A DNA stretch of 64,000 bases, taken from contig JACQAL010000042.1 of NCBI GenBank assembly GCA_016195025.1, positions 16,925 through 80,924 of the forward strand. The letters are read 5' to 3'. Positions 9,659 through 18,566 of this stretch are shown here, piece by piece. The DNA is from Bacteroidota bacterium (lineage in GTDB: Bacteria > Bacteroidota > Bacteroidia > Palsa-948). A program made the position numbers and the translations under genes. Numbering within the stretch: the stretch's first letter is position 1; every line of letters starts with the position of its first letter. The notes beneath the pieces are model-generated. The model saw nothing but the letters and a program-made list of their open reading frames with translations, was not told where the DNA came from and searched no databases.

Positions 9659-10678
9659 CTATGCATTATTCGGATTCATTGCTCCTTCTCCCAGTTCCAT
9701 TTTATTTGCTTCTAATCTTTTTTGCTGCTTCGAAACATCTGCTTTCAGATTCTGCAATGCGTTTGCAGTTTCATAATGATTGGCAGAGATTACCGAATGC
9801 CTGTCAATGTGCGAAGGCGCTTCAATTGTCCAGTCGCTGGTTTTCTTGTGGTCGTATCGGCAAGAATTACAAATCCATTCTGTTACTTCTCCGTATTTAT
9901 CTTTTCTTGCAGTCACGCGAAGCACATCTTCACCTTTATACCAAAGGCGAACTTTCCCGCAACACTTATCACAATTGCGGTGGGCGTCCACAGGTTTTGT
10001 AAACCAAACTCTTGATTTGAAACGGAAAGTTTTATCCGTGAGCGCACCCACAGGACAAACATCAATCATGTTTCCGCTCATTTCATTTTCCACCGCGCTT
10101 TGTATATAGGTAGAAATTTCCGAAACATCTCCGCGATTGATTACGCCATGAACTCTGCCCGGACATAATTGTTCCGCCACTTTCACGCAGCGATAACAGA
10201 GAATGCAGCGCGTCATGTGTAATTTTACTTTATCGCCAATGTCAATTTTTTCAAACTCTCTGCGCTTGAACTCATAGCGGGTTTTCATTTTTCCGTGCTC
10301 GTAGCCGAGATTTTGCAAATCACATTCACCCGCCTGGTCGCAAATCGGGCAGTCGAGCGGATGATTTATCAAAAGAAATTCCACCACTCCCGCGCGCGCT
10401 TCAATCACTTCGGGCGAAGTAATATTCTGCACTTCCATTCCGTCCATTACCGTTTGCCTGCAGGAGGGAACAAGTTTCGGCATCGGGCGCGGATCTTTCT
10501 CCGAACCTTTTGAAACTTTCACTAAACACGTTCTGCAATAGCCACCGCTTGTCGCAAGTTTTGTATAGTAGCACATCGCGGGCGGAACAATTTCTCCTCC
10601 TATCATGCGCGCGGCATTCAGGATCGTTGTTCCTTCCGGTACTTCAATTGTTTTTCCGTCTATGGTGACTTTTGCCAT
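9659..10678 (-). CDS. nuoG: NADH-quinone oxidoreductase subunit G, short form (2Fe-2S/4Fe-4S N-terminal module only)
   Basis: 339 aa. N-terminal 2Fe-2S ferredoxin cysteine pattern plus HPLDCPICDQAGEC and CILCYRCV clusters. No molybdopterin-like C-terminal domain. Confidence 0.9.
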   Translation of the reverse strand: MAKVTIDGKTIEVPEGTTILNAARMIGGEIVPPAMCYYTKLATSGGYCRTCLVKVSKGSEKDPRPMPKLVPSCRQTVMDGMEVQNITSPEVIEARAGVVEFLLINHPLDCPICDQAGECDLQNLGYEHGKMKTRYEFKRREFEKIDIGDKVKLHMTRCILCYRCVKVAEQLCPGRVHGVINRGDVSEISTYIQSAVENEMSGNMIDVCPVGALTDKTFRFKSRVWFTKPVDAHRNCDKCCGKVRLWYKGEDVLRVTARKDKYGEVTEWICNSCRYDHKKTSDWTIEAPSHIDRHSVISANHYETANALQNLKADVSKQQKRLEANKMELGEGAMNPNNA

Positions 10679-10800
10679 TTACTTTTTTTCTTTGGGCGTG
10701 TCCCTCGAAGACTCGGGTCGGGCTTTCTGCTTCAATCTTTTTGCGAAACGCAAAAAGGATTTCCACTTCAATCCCTCACGCAAAACTCATTTCATATATA

Positions 10801-11070
10801 TTATTTTTCCCAAAACAATAATACTCCTTCTGTGAATGAACCTCCCAAACCATACGCTGTTCTTTCGTATCTACTTGCACTTTCTGTTCCCATTGAAGCA
10901 AATCCTGTATTAATGCCTTGAACTTGTTTTAATTTCCATCCATCATCATTCATTTTTTGAATGTGGATATTAAGTCTTTCAGTTTCATTTACATGAATTC
11001 TTGGAGATAAAGAGCCATCAATTGACTTTAAATTAAGAAGACTTTCTTCCGATGTTTTAATATCCCTCAT
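10801..11070 (-). CDS. hypothetical protein (AT-rich accessory cassette, gene 2)
   Basis: 89 aa. ATGA-overlaps the upstream 158-aa ORF. Sits inside the nuo operon between nuoF and nuoG. No recognisable domain. Confidence 0.45.
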   Translation of the reverse strand: MRDIKTSEESLLNLKSIDGSLSPRIHVNETERLNIHIQKMNDDGWKLKQVQGINTGFASMGTESASRYERTAYGLGGSFTEGVLLFWEK

Positions 11071-11543
11071 CGTATCAAAAATGCTATGACCAGCCCATTC
11101 ATTTTTTTCCCACCACTGTCAAATTTTTTAAATAGTTTATTTTCTTCACTAGAAAATTCTTTTTGCTTAAATAGAAAATGTTTTTTCTTTTCTTTTAATA
11201 ATTCTAACAACATTATATTCCTTTTCTTTTTATGATAACTATTGTCATTAGGATAATGATATTCCATAGCATTTATCTTGCTCAAAATATCATACAATTT
11301 GATTTGCCACTTTATGAACCTATCAAATAACTTTTTATCTTCAACAAAAAATTCTTTTTGCCTAGATAATATATGCTGTTCCATTTCTTTTATTAATTCC
11401 TCTAATCTCAATATGGAATTTCCTTTCTCTTTCTTTACTTCATTATCTTTTTCTTTTTCTTTGATTATATTATCTAAAGTACTTAAACTGAGTATTTGTC
11501 TTTCTTCAAGTTCAAAGGAGAAAAATGTAACAGTGTTTTTCAT
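11067..11543 (-). CDS. hypothetical protein with internal repeat (AT-rich accessory cassette, gene 1)
   Basis: 158 aa, very AT-rich coding DNA compared with flanking nuo genes. Two internal repeats (..QKEFFVEDKKLFDRFIKW.. / ..QKEFSSEENKLFKKFD..). Confidence 0.45.
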   Translation of the reverse strand: MKNTVTFFSFELEERQILSLSTLDNIIKEKEKDNEVKKEKGNSILRLEELIKEMEQHILSRQKEFFVEDKKLFDRFIKWQIKLYDILSKINAMEYHYPNDNSYHKKKRNIMLLELLKEKKKHFLFKQKEFSSEENKLFKKFDSGGKKMNGLVIAFLIR

Positions 11544-11553
11544 TTCTTGTTAT

Positions 11554-12906
11554 TTAACTATTTGTGACTTCTAATTGATTCACTCTGTAATAATGTTTCA
11601 CATCTTTCACATTCTTTCCGTTTCTAACATACTCTTCAAACTCACTTCTGAAATGTCTGATTGCTGCGGCAACCGGCCATGCAGCGGCTTCGCCCAGCGG
11701 ACAAATTGTTTTGCCTTCAATTTTTCCCTGTATGTCCCAAAGCAAATCAATATCTGCTATGGTTGCGTGTCCATCTAAAAATTTATGCAAAACTTTTTCC
11801 ATCCATCCTGTTCCTTCGCGGCAAGGCGAACATTGTCCGCAGGATTCGTGATGATAGAAGCGCGTGAAGTTCCAGAGATTTTTTACTACGCTGGTGTCTT
11901 CGTCCATCACAATGAATCCGCCAGAGCCAAGCATGGTGCCAGTAATAAATCCCCCATCACTTAAACTTTCGTAAGACATTAAGCGCGGTTCGCCTTTTGC
12001 AGTTTTCAAAATTAATTCTGTGGGAAGGATTGGTACGGATGAACCTCCTGCTACAACTGCTTTCAATTTTTTCCCGTTGCGAATTCCTCCACAATATTTA
12101 TCCGAATAAATAAATTCTTCAACAGGAACTCCGAGTTCAATTTCGTAAACACCGGGTTTATTAATATGTCCGCCTGCGGAAATTAATTTTGTGCCGGTAG
12201 ATTTTCCTATTCCGATTTTCGCGTATTCATCTCCCGTCATATTTATAATCGGAACAACAGCGGCAATTGTTTCCACATTATTTACTACGGTCGGTCTGTC
12301 CCACACACCTTTCACAGCGGGAAACGGAGGTTTGATTCTTGGATTTCCTCTTTTTCCTTCGAGCGATTCAATCAATCCGGTTTCTTCTCCGCAGATATAC
12401 GCTCCCGCCCCAACATGCATGTACACATCCAGATAGTAACCGCTTCCTAAAATATTTTTTCCCAGAAGATTTGCATCGTACGCTTCCTGAATTGCTTTTT
12501 CAAGAATGTGATACACGTACATCATTTCGCCACGTATATATATGTAGGAAACATTTGCGCCAAGCGCGAACGAAGAAATAATCATCCCCTCTACGAGAAT
12601 GTGCGGCTTCATCTCCATTAAAAATCTATCCTTGAAAGTGCCAGGCTCCGATTCATCGGCATTGCAAACCAAATGGCGGGGAACTCCGGGAGGTTTTGCG
12701 ATGAAACTCCATTTCATTCCCGTTGGAAATCCCGCTCCGCCTCTTCCGCGTAAGCCGGATTTTTTTACTTCCTCCACAATTTCTTCGGGCTTCATCTTCA
12801 GCGCTTTTTCCAAAGTCGCATAGCCGCCATTTGCTTTATAGCCGGAGAGAGATTGAATTCCGGGTTTGTCTAAATCGTTTATGAGTAACTGAGCCACAGA
12901 TTTCAC
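11554..12906 (-). CDS. nuoF: NADH-quinone oxidoreductase subunit F (51 kDa, FMN/NADH-binding)
   Basis: 450 aa. GxGxxG-rich NADH/FMN region (GRGGAGFPTG) and C-terminal 4Fe-4S cysteine motif (ESCGQCSPCREG). Apparent GTG start. Confidence 0.95.
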   Translation of the reverse strand: MKSVAQLLINDLDKPGIQSLSGYKANGGYATLEKALKMKPEEIVEEVKKSGLRGRGGAGFPTGMKWSFIAKPPGVPRHLVCNADESEPGTFKDRFLMEMKPHILVEGMIISSFALGANVSYIYIRGEMMYVYHILEKAIQEAYDANLLGKNILGSGYYLDVYMHVGAGAYICGEETGLIESLEGKRGNPRIKPPFPAVKGVWDRPTVVNNVETIAAVVPIINMTGDEYAKIGIGKSTGTKLISAGGHINKPGVYEIELGVPVEEFIYSDKYCGGIRNGKKLKAVVAGGSSVPILPTELILKTAKGEPRLMSYESLSDGGFITGTMLGSGGFIVMDEDTSVVKNLWNFTRFYHHESCGQCSPCREGTGWMEKVLHKFLDGHATIADIDLLWDIQGKIEGKTICPLGEAAAWPVAAAIRHFRSEFEEYVRNGKNVKDVKHYYRVNQLEVTNS

Positions 12907-12919
12907 AGATTTACACTGA

Positions 12920-13336
12920 TTATAAAATAACTCGTTTGAACTTCAAAGAATTTTCTCCGAAGTTTATTAGTAATCCAAGTTTCAATTTAGAAACTGCAAG
13001 ATAGTTTATGACTTGACGATAATGGTCTTCAAGCACTCCTTCCTGCGCTTTAACTTCTAAAATAATTTTTTCGTCAATTACGAAATCGGCAAAATAATAA
13101 TGAGGTAAAATTGTTCCTTTATATTCTACTTCATACTTCCTTTCTCTTTCGAAGGAGATATTTTTATTTCTCAATTCAAATTCAATCGCGTCCTTATAGA
13201 CAATCTCGGATAATCCCCTCCCCAATACTTTATGAACTTCCATGCACAAGCCAATGATCTCAAAAGAATCTTCTTGCATGGGATATTTATCCTTTGCGTA
13301 GTAAATTTCCTGTGCGTCCTGTAATATCAATTCCAT
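12920..13336 (-). CDS. GxxExxY family protein (PD-(D/E)XK-like)
   Basis: 138 aa with the diagnostic G-L-S-E-I-V-Y (GxxExxY) motif. Inserted between nuoE and nuoF. Confidence 0.8.
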   Translation of the reverse strand: MELILQDAQEIYYAKDKYPMQEDSFEIIGLCMEVHKVLGRGLSEIVYKDAIEFELRNKNISFERERKYEVEYKGTILPHYYFADFVIDEKIILEVKAQEGVLEDHYRQVINYLAVSKLKLGLLINFGENSLKFKRVIL

Positions 13337-13371
13337 TGGCTGTTAATCTGTGTTCTCTGTGTAATCAGTGG

Positions 13372-13926
13372 CTATTGTTTTATCTCCGAATGATTTTTAA
13401 TTCTTTCTTTTCTATAGTGAGAAATCTGTTCGCCTTTGTTTTTATAATCGTCCAGAATCTTTTCGCACTTTTCAAAACTTAAATTTTCGTGATACGTTTC
13501 GCCAATCTGCATCATCGGTGCTGTTCCGCAGGAAGCCAGGCATTCAACAGTCTTCAGCGTGAACATTCCGTCAGCAGTTGTTTGCCCTTCTTTTATATTT
13601 AATTTTTTCTCGATGTGCTTTACTAAATCTTCTGCGCCCATCAGCCAGCAGGGACCGGTTCTGCAAACCTCAATCACGCATTTGCCAACAGGTTTTAAAT
13701 TGAACATGGAATAAAATGAAGCTACTTCGTAAACTTCTATCGGTTGAATTTTCAGAATCGAAGCCACATAATCCATCACCGGTGCGCTGAGCCAGCCGTC
13801 AAATTCCGCCTGCGCGAGATGGAGAATCGGAAGTATCGCGGACTTCTGTTTGCCTTCGGGATAGCGCCTCATCAACTTGTTGCAGAGTGCAAGCGCTTCG
13901 TCAGAGAATCTTATTTGTTTTGCCAC
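13372..13926 (-). CDS. nuoE: NADH-quinone oxidoreductase subunit E (24 kDa, 2Fe-2S)
   Basis: 184 aa. Thioredoxin-like 2Fe-2S cysteines (CRTGPC ... CLASCGTAP). First gene of the nuo cluster in this window. Confidence 0.93.
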   Translation of the reverse strand: MAKQIRFSDEALALCNKLMRRYPEGKQKSAILPILHLAQAEFDGWLSAPVMDYVASILKIQPIEVYEVASFYSMFNLKPVGKCVIEVCRTGPCWLMGAEDLVKHIEKKLNIKEGQTTADGMFTLKTVECLASCGTAPMMQIGETYHENLSFEKCEKILDDYKNKGEQISHYRKERIKNHSEIKQ

Positions 13927-14061
13927 AAATTTTTTCGTTCGATTGGAGACAAATTTAGATATTTCTTCACGCCCGAAACAAGATTTTTTTCACCCTAAAA
14001 ACTTTTTCTTCCGCCTATACTTCTATCTTTGCCTCCCTTAATTCTAATATACATATTTTAC

Positions 14062-14253
14062 ATGGAAGAAAACAATAACGAAGCGAAAAAAACTGCGCAG
14101 AAAGTCGGAGGACTTCTCTTTGTCGGATGCATGTTTCTCGGAATGGCAGCTGGCTGGTATTTTCATAACCTGAATATCGGTTTGTTTGGCGGAATGGGAC
14201 TTGGATTTATCATGATGGCAGTGGTGTGGATGTCTGCCGCAAATAAAAAATAA
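14062..14253 (+). CDS. small hydrophobic membrane protein (hypothetical)
   Basis: ~63 aa with one or two predicted TM helices, starting at MEENNNEAKK. Abuts the RidA gene. Confidence 0.4.
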   Translation: MEENNNEAKKTAQKVGGLLFVGCMFLGMAAGWYFHNLNIGLFGGMGLGFIMMAVVWMSAANKK

Positions 14254-14254
14254 A

Positions 14255-14665
14255 ATGTCAGAAATAAATTCATCGAAAGCGCCCGAACCCGTTGGGCTTT
14301 ATCCTCACGCGAGAAAAGTTGGCAACCTGCTTTTTCTTTCAGGAGTTGGTCCCCGCGAACGAGGAAACAAAAAAATCCCCGGAGTTGAACTGAATGAGAA
14401 GGGAGAAATAATTTCTTATGACATTGAAGCGCAATGTCATTCCGTTTTCAGGAATGTGAAATATATTCTGGAAGACGCAGGAAGCAGTTGGGATAAAATT
14501 GTAGATGTGACGGTTTATCTCACGAACATGAAAGATGATTTTCCGAAATACAACAAATTATGGGCGGAATATTTCAAAAACAATCCTCCGTGCCGGACAA
14601 CTCTTGAAATAAATTGCCTGCCGACTCCAATTGCGATTGAGTTGAAGGTTATTGCTACAATGTAA
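14255..14665 (+). CDS. RidA/YjgF family reactive-intermediate deaminase
   Basis: 136 aa. YjgF/chorismate-mutase-like fold signature (..PARSTLE..-like C-terminus: PCRTTLEINCLP). Confidence 0.85.
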   Translation: MSEINSSKAPEPVGLYPHARKVGNLLFLSGVGPRERGNKKIPGVELNEKGEIISYDIEAQCHSVFRNVKYILEDAGSSWDKIVDVTVYLTNMKDDFPKYNKLWAEYFKNNPPCRTTLEINCLPTPIAIELKVIATM

Positions 14666-14726
14666 AATCTATAAGGTTCCAAATTGGAACCTTAGAACTC
14701 ATCACATTTTGTGATGACATAATAAA

Positions 14727-15227
14727 ATGGAACTAACAATAATTCAAAAGAAGATATTTGAAGTACGAGGGCATCGTGTTATGCTTGACCGCCATTTAGG
14801 TGAATTGTATGATGTTCCTACTAAATCCATAAATCTTGCTGTAAAAAGGAATAAGAATAGATTCCCTTCGGATTTCATGTTTCAACTCACCAAAAAAGAA
14901 TATGATTCTTTAAGGTTTCAATTTGAAACCTTAAAGAGAGGAACACATTCTAAATTTTTACCGTATGTTTTTACCGAGCACGGTGTGGCAATGTTGTCAT
15001 CAGTTTTGAGAAGCAAGAAAGCAGTTGAAGTAAATATTTCAATTATGCGTGCCTTTATTCTGCTCAGGCAATTAGCCATCAGCCATAAAGAACTTTTGAG
15101 AAAGATTAAGGAGTTAGAAAAGAAATATGATAAAAACTTTGCAGAGATTTATCAAGCGTTAAACTTATTACTTGACCCGCCACATCCTAAAAGAAAAAAG
15201 GTTGGCTATAAACATTACGATGAATAA
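14727..15227 (+). CDS. ORF6N (KilA-N-like) domain protein
   Basis: 166 aa. N-terminal ..IRGQRVMLD..LA.LY.V.TK.LN.AVKRN..RFP.DFMF.L.. pattern typical of ORF6N. Stop overlaps the ileS start. Confidence 0.8.
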   Translation: MELTIIQKKIFEVRGHRVMLDRHLGELYDVPTKSINLAVKRNKNRFPSDFMFQLTKKEYDSLRFQFETLKRGTHSKFLPYVFTEHGVAMLSSVLRSKKAVEVNISIMRAFILLRQLAISHKELLRKIKELEKKYDKNFAEIYQALNLLLDPPHPKRKKVGYKHYDE

Positions 15228-18200
15228 GTATCCTGAATATAAAAACCTCAATCTTCCTCTCATCGGAAAAGAAATTCTTGAATGGTGGGAGAAAGAAAAG
15301 ATTTTTGAGAAGAGTGTAGCCACACGCGAGAGTGCCGAGCCGTTCGTGTTTTATGAAGGTCCACCCAGCGCGAACGGAATGCCGGGCATCCATCACGTGA
15401 TGGCGCGAAGCATCAAGGATATTTTCTGCCGCTATCAAACACTAAAAGGAAAGCAAGTAAAACGCAAAGCAGGATGGGATACGCACGGACTTCCTATCGA
15501 ACTGGCTGTAGAAAAAACTTTGGGTATAACCAAAGAAGACATCGGAAAAAAAATTTCCATTGAAGATTATAATAAGGCATGCCGCACGGAGGTGATGAAA
15601 TACCAGGACAAATGGGAAGAAGTAACTCGCCTGATGGGTTACTGGGTGGATATGAAAAATCCATATGTCACTTATGAAAATAATTACATCGAAAGCGTTT
15701 GGTGGCTTTTGAAAAAACTTTACGAGAAAAAACTTTTATATAAAGGATTCACCATTCAGCCATACTCTCCTGCTGCAGGAACCGGTTTGAGCACGCATGA
15801 GTTGAATCAGCCGGGATGTTATCGAAATGTGAAAGATTCGACTGCAGTTGCTCAGTTCAAAACGAAAATTAAAAATATTGAAGGCGACACCTGTTTTCTT
15901 GCATGGACGACAACTCCCTGGACGCTTCCTTCCAATACAGCACTTGCCGTAGGAGCGAAGATTGATTACGTAGCTGTAAAAACTATAAATCAATATTCAA
16001 AAAATGAAATAGTTGTAATTCTTGCGAAAGCACTTCGCGATAAATATTTTGGCGATGGAAAATCAAAACTTCCTGTTGGAGAAGATGTGGCGACATTCAA
16101 AGGAAAAGATTTGGAAGGAATTTCCTACGAGCAACTTCTTCCTTTCGCTCAACCGAAAGATGGCGATGCGTTCAGAGTAGTGCTCGGAGATTTTGTTACG
16201 ACTGAAGACGGAACAGGAATCGTTCACATCGCTCCCAGTTTTGGTGCGGACGACTTTCGCGTGGCAAAACAAAATGGAATTGGTTCGCTCACGCTGGTTG
16301 ACAAACGTGGAAAATTTTTACCTGAAGTGCAAGATGGAGTTTTTCTTTACGGAGAAGAATTCGTTAAAGCAGAATATTTAAATGAAGCAGAAAAGAAAAT
16401 AGAATTTGAAAAGCAGAAAAAAATTCTTGAAGCAAAAGGAAAAATAAAAGAACTGAAAGAATATTTGAGCGTTGACGAACGAATTGTTTTGAAACTTCAG
16501 GAAGAAAGAAAACTTTTCAAGAAAGAAAAATACGAGCACAGTTACCCTCATTGTTGGAGAACTGACAAACCAATTTTATATTATCCGCTCGATAGTTGGT
16601 TTGTGAAAACCACTGCGTACAAAGACCGAATGGTTGAACTCAATAAAACAATTAACTGGAAACCTGCTCACACAGGCACAGGTCGTTTTGGCGAGTGGCT
16701 GAATAATTTACAGGATTGGAATTTATCCCGCTCACGATTTTGGGGAATTCCGCTTCCTATCTGGAGAACGGAAGATGGCAAAGAAGAAAAAATCATCGGC
16801 TCGGTAGAAGATTTGAAAAAAGAAATTGATAAAGCAAAAAAAGCTGGAATTGAAAATCCTGACATTAATGATTTACACAAACCATATATCGACAGAGTAT
16901 TTCTTGTTTCCGATTCAGGAAAGAAAATGTCCCGCGAATCTGATTTGATTGATGTTTGGTTTGATTCAGGTGCAATGCCCTATGCACAATTGCATTATCC
17001 ATTCGAGAACAAAGAACAAATTGACCAGAAAAAATATTTCCCTGCGGATTTCATAGCGGAAGGCGTTGACCAGACGCGCGGATGGTTTTACACGCTTCAC
17101 GCGATTGCTTGTTTATGTTTTGATTCTGTCGCGTATAAAAATGTGGTGAGCAACGGACTTGTGCTCGACAAGAATGGAAATAAAATGAGCAAACGTCTCG
17201 GCAATGCGGTTGACCCATTTGCTACGTTGGAAAAATATGGTCCGGATGCCACTCGCTGGTACATGATTGCAAATGCCGACCCGTGGGATAACCTGAAATT
17301 CGATATAGAAGGCGTTGCAGAAAAGCAAAGAAGTTTTTTCGGAACGTTGTATAATACATACGCATTCTTTGCGCTTTATGCCAATATTGACAATTTCACG
17401 TATAAGGAAAAAGAAATTCCGATTTCCGACCGACCTGAAATTGACAGATGGATTTTATCAGAATTGAATTCGCTTATCAAATTAGTTGATGAATCTTTTG
17501 CAAACTATGAACCCACCAAAGCTGGGCGAGCCATTGAAACTTTTGTAGATGAGCATTTGAGCAACTGGTACGTGCGTTTGTGCAGAAGGCGTTTCTGGAA
17601 AGGAGACTATACACACGATAAAATTTCTGCGTATCAAACTTTGTATCGTTGTTTGGAAGTGATTTCTCAACTCGCTTCTCCGATTTCTCCGTTCTTCTGC
17701 GAGAAATTGTTTAAAGATTTGAATGACGTTACAAAAAAACAGAATGCAGAAAGCGTTCACCTGAGTTTGTTTCCTGTTGTTGATGAAAAAAAAATTGACA
17801 AACCGCTGGAAGAAAGAATGGATCTGGCACAGAAAATATCTTCGATGATTCTTTCCATCCGCAAAAAAGAAAACATTCGGGTTCGTCAACCTCTTACAAA
17901 AATTCAGATTCCGATTCTGGATGAATTGTTCAGAAAAAAACTGGAACTCGTTAAAGATTTGATTTTATCTGAAGTGAATGTGAAGGAAATGGATTTTGTA
18001 GATGAATCAAAAACTCAAATTGTAAAAAACCTGAAACTGAATTTTAAAACTCTCGGCAAGAAATTAGGTAAAGACATGAAGGCCGTTCAAACATTTGCTT
18101 TAGAACATTCACAGGAAATAATTTCTTCCATCGAAAAAACAGATAAGTATGAATTGAAAATTAATGAAGCAAATTATACGCTCGAAATCGAAGATGTAGA

Positions 18201-18561
18201 AATAATTCCGGTAGATATTCCCGGCTGGAAAGTGGCAAACCAGGGAGCAATAACTGTGGCGCTTGACATCACAATTACAGATAAATTAAGAGATGAAGGA
18301 ATCGCCCGCGAGATAGTAAATCGCCTGCAAAATCTTCGAAAAGAAAAGAATTTTGAAGTCACAGACAGGATAGAAGTAAGGATGAAAGACCACCCGAAAA
18401 TTAACTCTGCTGTATTAAATAATTTAGATTACATTCGCGCGGAAATTTTAGCAAATACGTTTGAAATCGTGAATGAGATTAACGGAAACGGAATCGAAAT
18501 TGAAGTGGATGACGAGATAAAAACAACAGTCGCGATTGACCGCACCAAACAATTAAATTAA
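15220..18561 (+). CDS. ileS: isoleucine--tRNA ligase
   Basis: HIGH motif region (PPSANGMPGIHHVMA) and KMSKS (KMSKRLGN). ~1110 aa. Start chosen at MNKYPEYK rather than the upstream in-frame Met. Confidence 0.97.
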   Translation: MNKYPEYKNLNLPLIGKEILEWWEKEKIFEKSVATRESAEPFVFYEGPPSANGMPGIHHVMARSIKDIFCRYQTLKGKQVKRKAGWDTHGLPIELAVEKTLGITKEDIGKKISIEDYNKACRTEVMKYQDKWEEVTRLMGYWVDMKNPYVTYENNYIESVWWLLKKLYEKKLLYKGFTIQPYSPAAGTGLSTHELNQPGCYRNVKDSTAVAQFKTKIKNIEGDTCFLAWTTTPWTLPSNTALAVGAKIDYVAVKTINQYSKNEIVVILAKALRDKYFGDGKSKLPVGEDVATFKGKDLEGISYEQLLPFAQPKDGDAFRVVLGDFVTTEDGTGIVHIAPSFGADDFRVAKQNGIGSLTLVDKRGKFLPEVQDGVFLYGEEFVKAEYLNEAEKKIEFEKQKKILEAKGKIKELKEYLSVDERIVLKLQEERKLFKKEKYEHSYPHCWRTDKPILYYPLDSWFVKTTAYKDRMVELNKTINWKPAHTGTGRFGEWLNNLQDWNLSRSRFWGIPLPIWRTEDGKEEKIIGSVEDLKKEIDKAKKAGIENPDINDLHKPYIDRVFLVSDSGKKMSRESDLIDVWFDSGAMPYAQLHYPFENKEQIDQKKYFPADFIAEGVDQTRGWFYTLHAIACLCFDSVAYKNVVSNGLVLDKNGNKMSKRLGNAVDPFATLEKYGPDATRWYMIANADPWDNLKFDIEGVAEKQRSFFGTLYNTYAFFALYANIDNFTYKEKEIPISDRPEIDRWILSELNSLIKLVDESFANYEPTKAGRAIETFVDEHLSNWYVRLCRRRFWKGDYTHDKISAYQTLYRCLEVISQLASPISPFFCEKLFKDLNDVTKKQNAESVHLSLFPVVDEKKIDKPLEERMDLAQKISSMILSIRKKENIRVRQPLTKIQIPILDELFRKKLELVKDLILSEVNVKEMDFVDESKTQIVKNLKLNFKTLGKKLGKDMKAVQTFALEHSQEIISSIEKTDKYELKINEANYTLEIEDVEIIPVDIPGWKVANQGAITVALDITITDKLRDEGIAREIVNRLQNLRKEKNFEVTDRIEVRMKDHPKINSAVLNNLDYIRAEILANTFEIVNEINGNGIEIEVDDEIKTTVAIDRTKQLN

Positions 18562-18566
18562 TTACC

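Noticed and set aside
12895-12921. CACAGATTT direct repeats left of the GxxExxY gene as a cassette boundary
   Set aside because: They overlap the nuoF start codons (VKSVA). The matching right-side motif is only partial, so the evidence for terminal repeats is too weak.
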